Translations under genes and position numbers: made by a program | Part shown: positions 19,301 through 27,954 of the stretch, in pieces | Position numbering within the stretch: position 1 is the first letter of the stretch | How the letters are laid out: each line of letters begins with the position of its first letter | NCBI GenBank assembly: GCA_900551855.1 | Contig: URXM01000003.1 | Span: 11,895-75,894 of the forward strand | Direction: 5' to 3' | DNA from: an uncultured Eubacteriales bacterium | GTDB lineage: Bacteria > Bacillota > Clostridia > Christensenellales > UBA1242 | DNA length: 64,000 nt | The notes under the pieces: model-generated | Database searches by the model: none | What the model was told of the DNA's origin: nothing | What the model saw: only the letters and a program-made list of their open reading frames with translations

Positions 19301-20731
19301 TTAATGAGCTTTTACAACTCTGTTTAATTCTTCATCTTCATCATTTATTGTTTTGGAGTCAACAATTTCTTTTGTTGATTTTTCTTTGTGTGGTCGTAAG
19401 ATTTTTACATCAGTTGAACTCACTTCTTGTGTTTGTTCATCGGAAGTAAGATTTTCGTTGATTGAGTCGTTTGCTGTTGTTGTTTCTTTTGAATTCGTTC
19501 CTGTCTTTAAATTTTCTACATTGTTGTTTTTGTTTATTTTTTCAACTGTGTTGTCATCTTTTACCTCTTCATAATCTTCCAATCTTGGTTCTTGCTTGGA
19601 ATCAGTGTTTGCATAAGTTGTAGCGTAAGGTGTTGACAATCTATTGAAATTGTTAGAATTGTAAAGTTTGTTTGCGTAATTTCCATTTATTCCATAAGTA
19701 TAGCCATTACCATAATTTATGCCGTTTCTATAGACTCCATTTATTCCATATCCATAAAAATTATTGTTTGCATTGTTGTATCCATAAGTGTCAATATTTC
19801 TCATCATAGGACCATAAGTGTCAGTGTTTCTTGATGGATTGAATCTGTTAAATCTGTTGTAAACATTGCCATAAGGGGCAGAGTAGTTATAATAATTTTC
19901 AGGCAAATATTGATTGTTGTAATAGTTTGCTGGATAATATCCACGATTGCCATTGTAGGCATAATTGTATGGATTTTGTCTTGTTTGGTTTTTATAATTG
20001 GTGTTGTCATTGGTTGAGTATGTGTCTATATTTTTTGTTATTCCAGTTTTTGTCTTTGTTTGAGCACTGTCAGTTGTACCACTTTCAGTTTGATTTGTTT
20101 GTGATGTTTCTGTTTGAGTTTGTTGCTCGCTATCTTCTGTGCAACTTACATTTAAACAATTTTCAAGTTGGTCTAATGTGTTTATCAAATTTTCGTAATA
20201 TGAAGAACGAGAATTGGAATTGCAGGCGAGTCTATTCAATTTTGCATTTATTTTTTCTGCATTTTTTGTTATATTCTTCTTCATTGATGAAATAGATTTG
20301 ACTGCGCTGTTCATTTCGCTTTCAGAATAAGAAATTGAGTTTGTATATTTTGCAAGACTTGATGTCAAATCTTTTACAGCACTTATTTGAGCTTTTGAAA
20401 GTTTGATATTTTTTGATAGACAATTTTTTATGTTCGCTGTTTTTCTCAATATGTCTGTTTTGTAATATTCTTCATTAAGCAAGTTTTGTTGTGTGCTATA
20501 TGCGTTGTTATACAATCTTTCGTTTGTGTTGTCGGCAGTCATAGATTCTAACATCGTCTTTGTTATGTTTAGATCTGACGGATTGACTGTTTGAATGTTG
20601 CTGATTGCGTTTGCAGTTTCGTCAAGTTGGTTTCCTAAACTTGTTATTGCTGCACTGTTTGCAGAAGTTCCACAAGCAGTGAGAACAAATGTAAGAGTTA
20701 AAGCGACAACTCCTAAAAATATTTTTTTCAT
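19301..20731 (-). CDS. lipoprotein with helical N-terminal half and Asn/Tyr/Gly-rich low-complexity C-terminal half
   Basis: Lipobox LTACGTS after a signal peptide. GGAGG RBS upstream of the MKKIF start. The N/Y/G-rich tract includes NPYNYAYNGNRGYYPANYYNNQY...GINGNYANKLYNSNNFN. Confidence 0.6.
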   Translation of the reverse strand: MKKIFLGVVALTLTFVLTACGTSANSAAITSLGNQLDETANAISNIQTVNPSDLNITKTMLESMTADNTNERLYNNAYSTQQNLLNEEYYKTDILRKTANIKNCLSKNIKLSKAQISAVKDLTSSLAKYTNSISYSESEMNSAVKSISSMKKNITKNAEKINAKLNRLACNSNSRSSYYENLINTLDQLENCLNVSCTEDSEQQTQTETSQTNQTESGTTDSAQTKTKTGITKNIDTYSTNDNTNYKNQTRQNPYNYAYNGNRGYYPANYYNNQYLPENYYNYSAPYGNVYNRFNRFNPSRNTDTYGPMMRNIDTYGYNNANNNFYGYGINGVYRNGINYGNGYTYGINGNYANKLYNSNNFNRLSTPYATTYANTDSKQEPRLEDYEEVKDDNTVEKINKNNNVENLKTGTNSKETTTANDSINENLTSDEQTQEVSSTDVKILRPHKEKSTKEIVDSKTINDEDEELNRVVKAH

Positions 20732-20810
20732 ATTTACCTCCAATCTTTCTTTTAGTGTTAGTAAAATGTTGGGATTTATTCATTTGCAAAAGAAAGTTTG
20801 AGTGATTTTT

Positions 20811-20839
20811 GTTTAATATTTTGATTGCAGGAAATAATA
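20811..20839 (+). promoter_or_regulatory. candidate forespore (sigma-F/G type) promoter of the spoVA operon
   Basis: GTTTA, a 14-nt spacer, then GGAAATAATA. This resembles the sigma-F/G pattern GywTA-N15-GgnrAnAnTw and sits about 20 nt upstream of spoVAC. Confidence 0.3.
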
Positions 20840-20860
20840 AACAAAAATGGAGTATTATCT

Positions 20861-21316
20861 ATGGAAGACAAAAAGAGAAATGCCGAATATAACAAGTATG
20901 TTATGGCAAAAATTCCTAAAACCAGGCCTTGGCCAACGCTGTTTAACTCTTTCTGGGTTGGTGGACTTATTTGTCTTATAGGTCAAGGAATAAATGATAT
21001 TTTGCTACTTATATTTCCATCGCTGTCACAACAGTCAGCGTGGGCTTATACGCTTATTATTTTGATATTTATTGCCTCTTTTTTGACAGGTATTGGAGTG
21101 TATGATCAAATAGGCAAGTTTGCTGGTGGTGGCTCTATTGTGCCAATTACGGGTTTCTCTAACTCAATAACAAGTCCTTCTCTTGAATTTAAAAGTGAAG
21201 GCATTGTTTATGGGATTTGTGTGAAGATGTTTACTATTGCTGGTCCAGTTATTGTGTTTGGTGTTGTGTCAAGCATGGTTGTTGGATTTATTTATTGGAT
21301 AATTTCTCTATTTTAA
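20861..21316 (+). CDS. spoVAC: stage V sporulation protein AC
   Basis: Four-TM protein containing FAGGGSIVPITGFSNS and FTIAGPVIVFG, characteristic of SpoVAC. It is followed by spoVAD and spoVAE. Confidence 0.85.
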   Translation: MEDKKRNAEYNKYVMAKIPKTRPWPTLFNSFWVGGLICLIGQGINDILLLIFPSLSQQSAWAYTLIILIFIASFLTGIGVYDQIGKFAGGGSIVPITGFSNSITSPSLEFKSEGIVYGICVKMFTIAGPVIVFGVVSSMVVGFIYWIISLF

Positions 21317-21338
21317 AGTGAGTGTTGGAGGCTTGTAA

Positions 21339-22334
21339 ATGAAGATTGAACAAACTATTATTTTGAAGAAACAACCCAAAATTATTGGGTCTTACACCAT
21401 TGTTGGACCAAAGGAAGGAGATGGAAATTTTGGTGATTATTTTGATTATGTTATGAAAGATGATAGTTTTGGTGAAAAAACTTATGAAAAAGCAGAAAGA
21501 AAAATGCTAGAAAGTGCCATAACAGGAGTTATCGAAAAAGCAAAACTTTTACCTAAAGATGTTGACATTATGATAGCAGGAGATTTGCTTAATCAAATTG
21601 TCAGTTCTTCTTATGCTGCTAGGGCTTTTCAATTTCCTTTTCTCGGGGTTTATGGAGCTTGTTCGACTATGGCAGAGAGCATTGCTGTAGGCTCTGTGCT
21701 GGTTGATGGTGGTTATTTTGACAATGTTGTATGTTGCACAGGTTCTCATTTCTCAACAGCAGAAAGACAATATAGATTCCCGCTTGAATTGGGGAATCAA
21801 AGACCACCAACTTCGCAATGGACGGTCACTGGTGCGGGGAGCTGTATTTTGTCTTTAAAGGGTGAAGGACCAAGAGTTTCTATGATAACTTTTGGGAAGG
21901 TTATTGATTGGGGGATAAGTGATGTAAACAATATGGGAGCCGCCATGGCGCCAGCAGTTAGAAATACATTATTAAGACATTTTAAAAACACAAAAACGAC
22001 TCCTGATGACTATGATTTGATTGTCACAGGAGATTTGGGAAAGGTTGGCAGTGAAATTTTGATAGATTTAATGGAAGATGAAGGAATAATCTTAGGAGTA
22101 AATTATTGCGATTGTGGGCAAATGTATTATAAGAGAGAACAAAATACTTTGTGCGGTGCTTCTGGTGCTGGTTGTTGTGCAACAGTGTTTAACTCTTATT
22201 TAATGGCAAAAATGAGAGATGGGCAATATAAGAAAATTTTATTTTTGCCTACTGGTGCACTATTGAGTGCAACATCAACTCAACAGGGAGATAGTATACC
22301 TAGTGTGTGTCATGCTATTGTGATAGAAATGTAA
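21339..22334 (+). CDS. spoVAD: stage V sporulation protein AD
   Basis: Thiolase-like SpoVAD pattern (GVYGACSTMAES, GSHFSTAERQYRFPLE, PTGALLS). 331 aa, in operon context. Confidence 0.9.
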   Translation: MKIEQTIILKKQPKIIGSYTIVGPKEGDGNFGDYFDYVMKDDSFGEKTYEKAERKMLESAITGVIEKAKLLPKDVDIMIAGDLLNQIVSSSYAARAFQFPFLGVYGACSTMAESIAVGSVLVDGGYFDNVVCCTGSHFSTAERQYRFPLELGNQRPPTSQWTVTGAGSCILSLKGEGPRVSMITFGKVIDWGISDVNNMGAAMAPAVRNTLLRHFKNTKTTPDDYDLIVTGDLGKVGSEILIDLMEDEGIILGVNYCDCGQMYYKREQNTLCGASGAGCCATVFNSYLMAKMRDGQYKKILFLPTGALLSATSTQQGDSIPSVCHAIVIEM

Positions 22335-22344
22335 GGAGATTTGT

Positions 22345-22713
22345 ATGGATGTTTTTTTGACTTATCTTTGGGTGTTTTTAATTGGTGGTTTTGTCTGTAT
22401 GCTTGGAGAACTTTTGATAATTACAACAAATATGACTTCTGCAAGAATATTGGTTACTTTTGTCTTGGTAGGGGTGTTTTTAGAAGCAGTAGGTGTGTTT
22501 GATTATATTTCAAATTTTGCAAAAGCAGGTATAAATGTGCCAATTGTTGGCTTTGGTGCTTCGCTTGCTAAAGGTGCAATAAGTGCTGTGGAAACTTATG
22601 GACTTTTGGGTGTTTTTACAGGTGGTCTTTGTGCAACTGCAGGAGGTATTGCTGCAGCTGTGGGTTTTGCGTTTTTGTTTTCTTTGATTTTTAGATCGCA
22701 TACAAAGAAATAA
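22345..22713 (+). CDS. spoVAE: stage V sporulation protein AE (AEb type)
   Basis: Small polytopic membrane protein (122 aa) containing GINVPIVGFGASLAKG. It is the third gene of the spoVA operon. Confidence 0.8.
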   Translation: MDVFLTYLWVFLIGGFVCMLGELLIITTNMTSARILVTFVLVGVFLEAVGVFDYISNFAKAGINVPIVGFGASLAKGAISAVETYGLLGVFTGGLCATAGGIAAAVGFAFLFSLIFRSHTKK

Positions 22714-22858
22714 TCCGATTGTGTATTATTTGTTTTGCATAATACAATATATAGTGTAGTATGCTATGCATAATACACATAATACATATCAAAAATAAAT
22801 TTGCGAAAAATGTTAATTTTTGTTGTTTTTGTCGGTATTTGTTCATATACATATCTTA

Positions 22859-23527
22859 ATGAATTATTATCGCAACAAATACAAGAAGAGAAAAAGAAGA
22901 AAAGCGTGTATCATTCTGATTGCGTTTTTACTTTTTTTTGTTTTAACTTTTGTCTATGTTTATTGTGTGGTAAATCCTGTTGTTGTTGAAGCAACCAGGC
23001 ATATGGTTTATTCTTTGTCAACTTCTGCAGTAAGTGATGCTGTTTATGATGTTTTGAATGAAGAAAATGTTGCGTATGAAGACATTGTAAGAATTGAATA
23101 TGACAACAGTGACAATATTGCTATGATTTCACTCGACACGATAAGGTTGAATTTGATTGCTAGAAAGTTTTATCAGGTGGCACAAGTCTATCTTGACAAT
23201 ATGGGAAAGAACGGAATTGATGTGGCACTGGGGACTTTTACTGGAATTCCGTTTTTGTCAGGAATAGGACCAAAGGTCAATTTAAAACTTGTGCCAATAG
23301 GAGCGATGACTTCTGTTTTTGAAAGCAATTTGAAAAGTGCTGGTATAAACCAGACAAACCATTCTGTTTATATAAAACTTTATGCAAGTGTGAGTATGAT
23401 TTTGCCTGCTTACACTGCAACCATTGACAGTGTTACAGAAGTTTTGGTGGCTGAAAGTGTGATTGTAGGCAAAGTCCCAGAAATCTACTTTGGTTCAAAT
23501 TCTTCATTGAATTTCACTCCAAATTAA
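22859..23527 (+). CDS. yunB: sporulation protein YunB
   Basis: Basic N-terminus (KYKKRKRRK) plus a TM helix. YunB-like core (IVRIEYDNSDNIAMISLDT, GTFTGIPFLSGIGPKVNLKLVPIG, VAESVIVGKVPEIY). Confidence 0.7.
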   Translation: MNYYRNKYKKRKRRKACIILIAFLLFFVLTFVYVYCVVNPVVVEATRHMVYSLSTSAVSDAVYDVLNEENVAYEDIVRIEYDNSDNIAMISLDTIRLNLIARKFYQVAQVYLDNMGKNGIDVALGTFTGIPFLSGIGPKVNLKLVPIGAMTSVFESNLKSAGINQTNHSVYIKLYASVSMILPAYTATIDSVTEVLVAESVIVGKVPEIYFGSNSSLNFTPN

Positions 23528-23675
23528 AAGCGTTTTTGTGTTATGTTTTTCCCTAAAAAATATTTTGAAAATAAAAACATAATTTTAAAATATTTTGTAA
23601 TTTATTTTGTGTATTTGTTTTAAATTGTTTTTATTTTTCCGCCTTTATGTGTTATATTTACTTAAAGGGGAACTT

Positions 23676-24434
23676 ATGGACGAAATTCAAGAAAATGCTT
23701 ATGTCAAAGATACTGTTGAAAAGTCTAATGCTATGAAGTTTTTGGCAGCATTTAATGACATTGATTACACTATCAAAACTCGCTACAATATGAATCGTAG
23801 TATGGGGTTTTCTGAGGCTGTAAGAAAGGCTGTCGCTTTCAACTATACTGTTCGTAAATATGAAGATGATTTGATAAGTTATGGCAGACTTAGAAATGCT
23901 ATTGTTCACGGCAATGATGATTTTATTATCGCAGAACCACATTCTGATGTTGTTGAAAAAATAGAAAAAATTGCCAGACTTTTGACAACTCCTCCTCGTG
24001 CACTTGACAGCGTTGCAAGAAGAGATGTTTTGTCAGTTCATTGTTCTAAATCTATGAGAGAAGTTATAAAACTTATTGCTGAATCTCATTACTCAAATTT
24101 GCCTGTTTTTAATGATGATAATGAAATCATTGGCATTGCAAACGGTCAAAAGATTTTGGACTCTTTTGGAAAATATTTACTTGCTGGTGGAAAGAGTGAT
24201 ACATTTTTGGATTCTGTCAAAATTGAAGATATGCTTTCTAGCATTGAAAACAGCAACTATTATGCTTTTGCAAATCAAGACATAACAGTTGAGCAAGTTT
24301 TGTCGTTGTTCCATCAAAACACAAAATTGTTGGCTATTCTTGTCACCAAAAATGGTGGAGCAAAAGAAAAACCTCTTGGAATTATGACAGGGACTGATGT
24401 TTTGAAAATGAATAAGATATTAGAGAATTATTGA
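23676..24434 (+). CDS. two-domain protein: N-terminal HEPN-like (Rx4H) domain plus C-terminal CBS pair
   Basis: The N-terminal ~115 aa are helical and contain YGRLRNAIVHG (an R-x4-H motif). The C-terminal half has two CBS-like units (SNLPVFNDDNEIIGIANGQKIL and LLAILVTKNGGAKEKPLGIMTGTDVL). ATG at 23676 follows an AAGGGGA RBS. Confidence 0.55.
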   Translation: MDEIQENAYVKDTVEKSNAMKFLAAFNDIDYTIKTRYNMNRSMGFSEAVRKAVAFNYTVRKYEDDLISYGRLRNAIVHGNDDFIIAEPHSDVVEKIEKIARLLTTPPRALDSVARRDVLSVHCSKSMREVIKLIAESHYSNLPVFNDDNEIIGIANGQKILDSFGKYLLAGGKSDTFLDSVKIEDMLSSIENSNYYAFANQDITVEQVLSLFHQNTKLLAILVTKNGGAKEKPLGIMTGTDVLKMNKILENY

Positions 24435-24442
24435 TACATCAA

Positions 24443-24471
24443 TTGACAATAAATTTTGCTTTGTGTATAAT
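24443..24471 (+). promoter_or_regulatory. sigma-A promoter of the ileS leader
   Basis: TTGACA, a 17-nt spacer, then TATAAT (exact consensus hexamers). Confidence 0.65.
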
Positions 24472-24519
24472 TAAATCAGTTGTTGAGTTGTGAAAAACAA
24501 CAAGACAAAAAATATGTTT

Positions 24520-24780
24520 ACGACTTAAAAGACGCTTGAGAAAAGACACGGTTTTATTTGGTTGATTTTCAGAGAGTTGCCGTTTTGGTGAAAGGCAATA
24601 TGATGCAAATAAAATTATCACTTTTCGAGTCGCTTTCTGAGCATTCTAAATTTGTTTTTAGGGTGTTAGGCAAAGACGGTGGCTTCCCGTAAGTTAAGCA
24701 GGTGTGTGTTGGCACGCTGAAAGTTTACAAGTGGTTTATGACCTTGGAGGTTCTTGTAACTTTCAAGGTTATTTTATTTT
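24520..24780 (+). promoter_or_regulatory. T-box riboswitch leader (Ile specifier) with terminator/antiterminator
   Basis: AGAGAG bulge. Distal loop TTGGTGAAAGG. Candidate specifier AUU/AUC followed by A within aaATTATCAc. T-box sequence ACGGTGGCTTCCCG. Terminator GAAAGTTTACAAG...CTTGTAACTTTC followed by a T-rich tract, directly upstream of ileS. Confidence 0.7.
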
Positions 24781-24799
24781 GATTTAGGAGGAATGTTTT

Positions 24800-27700
24800 G
24801 TGAAAAAAGAAGTTACTGTTCCAAATTTTGTGGAAATGGAAAAAGGTATTTTGAAATTTTGGAAAGACAATGACAGTTTTCATAAATTGGTAAAGAAAAA
24901 TGCTGGTCATGAAAGATTTAAGTTTCTTGATGGTCCTGCTACTGCAAACAACCGTCTTGGAATCCATCACTTCTGGGGGAGAACTTTAAAAGATTTGACA
25001 ATTCGTTATAATGCTTTGAAAGGCAAAGATTGTCAATATCAAAATGGTTTTGATGGACAAGGTCTTTGGGTTGAAGTAAATGTAGAAAAAGAACTTGGGC
25101 TTAATGGAAAACCTGAAATTGTTAAATATGGAATTGATAAATTCACCAACAAGTGTATGGAAAGGGTGAAGTATTTTGCCAACGAAATAACAAACCAATC
25201 AATTCGTATGGGGCAATGGATGGATTGGGATCACAGTTATTATACAAACACTGATGAAAACATCACTTCTATTTGGTATTTCTTGAAAGAATGCGACAAA
25301 CATGGTTGGATAATTAGAAAAAACAGACCTATGGCTTGGTGTCCTCGTTGTGGAACAAGTTTGTCAGAACACGAAATGTCTTCTTCTTATCATGAAGTGG
25401 AACATACTGCTGTATTTATTAAACTTCCTGTAAAAAACAGAGATTTCAAAATGGTTGCTTGGACAACAACTCCTTGGACTCTTGCTGCAAATGTTGCTCT
25501 TGCTGTAAATCCAGAATTTGATTATGTTGAAGTTGATTTCCACGGAGAAAAACTTGTTCTTGGAAAAGATCGTTTGAAGATTTTGAAAGAAGAAGTTAAA
25601 ATTTTGAAAGAATTTAAAGGCTCAGAACTTGTTGGGCTTGAATATGAAACTTGCTTCCCAGAACTTCCTGAAGAAAATTTTGCACATAAAATTGTCGTTT
25701 GGGACGAAGTTGACAACACTGAAGGAAGCTGTGTAGTTCATATCGCTCCAGGTTGTGGTGCAGAAGACTTTGATTTGGGACAAACTTTGGGACTTCCAGA
25801 AATTTGCCCAATAAACGAACAAGGCGTTATGCTTCCAAACACTGGGTTCCTTGCTGGCAAGAAGACAACAGATGTTGTTGATTTGGTTGTTGAGCGTTTA
25901 AAGAAAGACAACAAACTTTTGTATGCTCATAAATATAAACACTCTTATCCTTTCTGCTGGAGATGTAAAACAGATTTGGTTTACAAACTTGTCTCTGGTT
26001 GGTTTATCAAGATTGATGAAATTAGACCAATGGCTTTGAAGGCAATTGAAGATGTTGAGTTTAAGCCAGAATATGCAAAGAAAAGAATGGCTGACTGGCT
26101 TCAAAATATGGGAGATTGGAACATTTCAAGAAGTCGTTTCTATGGACTTCCTCTTCCTTTCTATGTTTGTGAAAAATGTGGTAAGGTTCATGTTATTGGA
26201 TCTTTGGAAGAGTTGAAAGCAAAAGCTGTAAACCCAGAACTTGTTGACAAACTTCCAAACATTCACAGACCTTGGATTGATGATATAAAAATCAAATGTG
26301 ATTGTGGCGAAACAGTGTCAAGAGTCAGCGATGTTGGAGATGTTTGGCTTGATGCTGGAATAACTCCATTCTCAACTAAAAAATATTTCACAGACAAGAA
26401 GTTCTTTAATGAAAACTTCCCAAGTGATTATGTTTGCGAAATGATTGAACAAATTAAACTTTGGTTCTATTCACTTTTGATTATGAGCGTTGTTTTGACT
26501 GGAAAAGCGCCTTATAAAAAACTTGTCACATATCAATATGTTAGAGATGAAAACGGTGGAGAATTCCATAAGAGTGGTGGAAATTCTTTGGAAGCAGATG
26601 TTGTTGCTGACAAGGTTGGAGCAGATGTTGTTCGTTATCTTTACTCTTCATCAAGTCCAAACAATGATATGAGATTTGGCTACACTTTGACAGATGAAGC
26701 AAGAAGAAAGATGTTGGCATTTTGGAATATTTACACTTTCTTTAACACTTATGCTTGCATTGATAATCCTGCTCTTGATGGTTTTAAACCAAAGGTTGAA
26801 GATTTGTCTATCTCTGACAAATGGCTTATTGAAAGCATAAACAAATTTGTCGCTGACAGTGATAAAAATTATGCAGATGACAAACAATTCTTGGTTGTTC
26901 GTGATTTTGAAAAATTGGTTGATGATATTTCTAACTTCTATATCAGAAGCAACCGTAAGAGATTCTGGAAGAGTGAAAACAAAAATGACCAATTAACTGC
27001 TTACTGGTGCTTGTATAGTGCTATTAAGGCAATGATTAGAGTTATGACTCCAATTATTCCTTTCTTGACAGAGTATATTTGGCAAAATTTGGTTCGTGAA
27101 ATTGAAAAGAATGAGACAGAATGCATTATGCTCAGTGGTTTCCCTACAAAAATTTATGATGCTGACTTTGGCGATATTTTGGAAAGAACAAAAATTGCAA
27201 GAGATATTATGTCAACAGCTCAAAGATTGAGAAATGAAAATCAAATCAAAGTTAAACAACCACTTCGCGTTATGTATGTTGCAGGTGGAGACAAGACTGT
27301 TTCTGTGCTTGAAGATTTTGAAGATATCATCAAAGATGAATTGAATGTTAAAGAGCTTAAAGCTGTTGTTGATGACAGTATGTTTAATGATGAATATTTG
27401 TCTGTAAACTTCAAAAAGGCAGGAGCAGTTTTGAAGGGTGAAGTTCAAAAACTTAAAACTGTTTTGGCAGGGCTTTCTGATGAAGAAAACAAGAAAGTTA
27501 TGCAAGAATATAAAACTGGAAAAGTTTCTGTTGGAGAGTTTAAAGATTTGGACAGCGAACTTTTCAATCTTGAGAAGAAACCAAAAACTGACTTTGTTAT
27601 TGCACATGAAAATGGAAATACAGTTGTGCTTGATATAACTCTTGACGAAGACTTAATTTTGGAAGGTTTGTATCGTGAATTTGTCAGAGGACTTCAGGTT

Positions 27701-27919
27701 TTGAGAAAAGAAGCAGATTTTTCTATTGATGATAGAATCTATGCCTACTTTGAAACTGCTGACGAACAACTTGCAACAATGCTTTACAGATTTATGAACA
27801 AAATTAAACAAGAAGTTTTGATTGTTCGTGCAGTTGAAAAAATTGACAAACCAGACATTGAAAAGAAAATTGAAGTAGGTGACAGCTTTATTATTACAAA
27901 ATTTGCAAAGAAGATTTAA
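24800..27919 (+). CDS. ileS: isoleucine--tRNA ligase, long (type 2-like) form with divergent signature motifs
   Basis: GTG start after a GGAGGAA RBS. Motifs WTTTPWTLAANVALAVNPE, WCPRCGTSLSEHE, WNISRSRFYGLPLP and DVWLDAGITPFS. 1039 aa. Preceded by an Ile T-box. Confidence 0.9.
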   Translation: MKKEVTVPNFVEMEKGILKFWKDNDSFHKLVKKNAGHERFKFLDGPATANNRLGIHHFWGRTLKDLTIRYNALKGKDCQYQNGFDGQGLWVEVNVEKELGLNGKPEIVKYGIDKFTNKCMERVKYFANEITNQSIRMGQWMDWDHSYYTNTDENITSIWYFLKECDKHGWIIRKNRPMAWCPRCGTSLSEHEMSSSYHEVEHTAVFIKLPVKNRDFKMVAWTTTPWTLAANVALAVNPEFDYVEVDFHGEKLVLGKDRLKILKEEVKILKEFKGSELVGLEYETCFPELPEENFAHKIVVWDEVDNTEGSCVVHIAPGCGAEDFDLGQTLGLPEICPINEQGVMLPNTGFLAGKKTTDVVDLVVERLKKDNKLLYAHKYKHSYPFCWRCKTDLVYKLVSGWFIKIDEIRPMALKAIEDVEFKPEYAKKRMADWLQNMGDWNISRSRFYGLPLPFYVCEKCGKVHVIGSLEELKAKAVNPELVDKLPNIHRPWIDDIKIKCDCGETVSRVSDVGDVWLDAGITPFSTKKYFTDKKFFNENFPSDYVCEMIEQIKLWFYSLLIMSVVLTGKAPYKKLVTYQYVRDENGGEFHKSGGNSLEADVVADKVGADVVRYLYSSSSPNNDMRFGYTLTDEARRKMLAFWNIYTFFNTYACIDNPALDGFKPKVEDLSISDKWLIESINKFVADSDKNYADDKQFLVVRDFEKLVDDISNFYIRSNRKRFWKSENKNDQLTAYWCLYSAIKAMIRVMTPIIPFLTEYIWQNLVREIEKNETECIMLSGFPTKIYDADFGDILERTKIARDIMSTAQRLRNENQIKVKQPLRVMYVAGGDKTVSVLEDFEDIIKDELNVKELKAVVDDSMFNDEYLSVNFKKAGAVLKGEVQKLKTVLAGLSDEENKKVMQEYKTGKVSVGEFKDLDSELFNLEKKPKTDFVIAHENGNTVVLDITLDEDLILEGLYREFVRGLQVLRKEADFSIDDRIYAYFETADEQLATMLYRFMNKIKQEVLIVRAVEKIDKPDIEKKIEVGDSFIITKFAKKI

Positions 27920-27954
27920 TCGAAAGTTTTGCTTATATTTTTTGAGGAGAAATA

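Noticed and set aside
22714-22858. Repeated GCATAATACA-like words upstream of yunB as a possible sigma-E promoter or regulatory repeat.
   Set aside because: The resemblance to CATACA-T is imperfect, and I could not find a convincing -35 element at the right spacing.
22801-22989. 62-aa ORF (MRKMLIFVV...) as an alternative reading upstream of and overlapping yunB.
   Set aside because: It is in a different frame from the conserved YunB sequence and has no support beyond being an open frame.
24725-24970. 81-aa minus-strand ORF at the ileS 5' end.
   Set aside because: It overlaps the T-box terminator and the start of ileS, and shows no translation signals.
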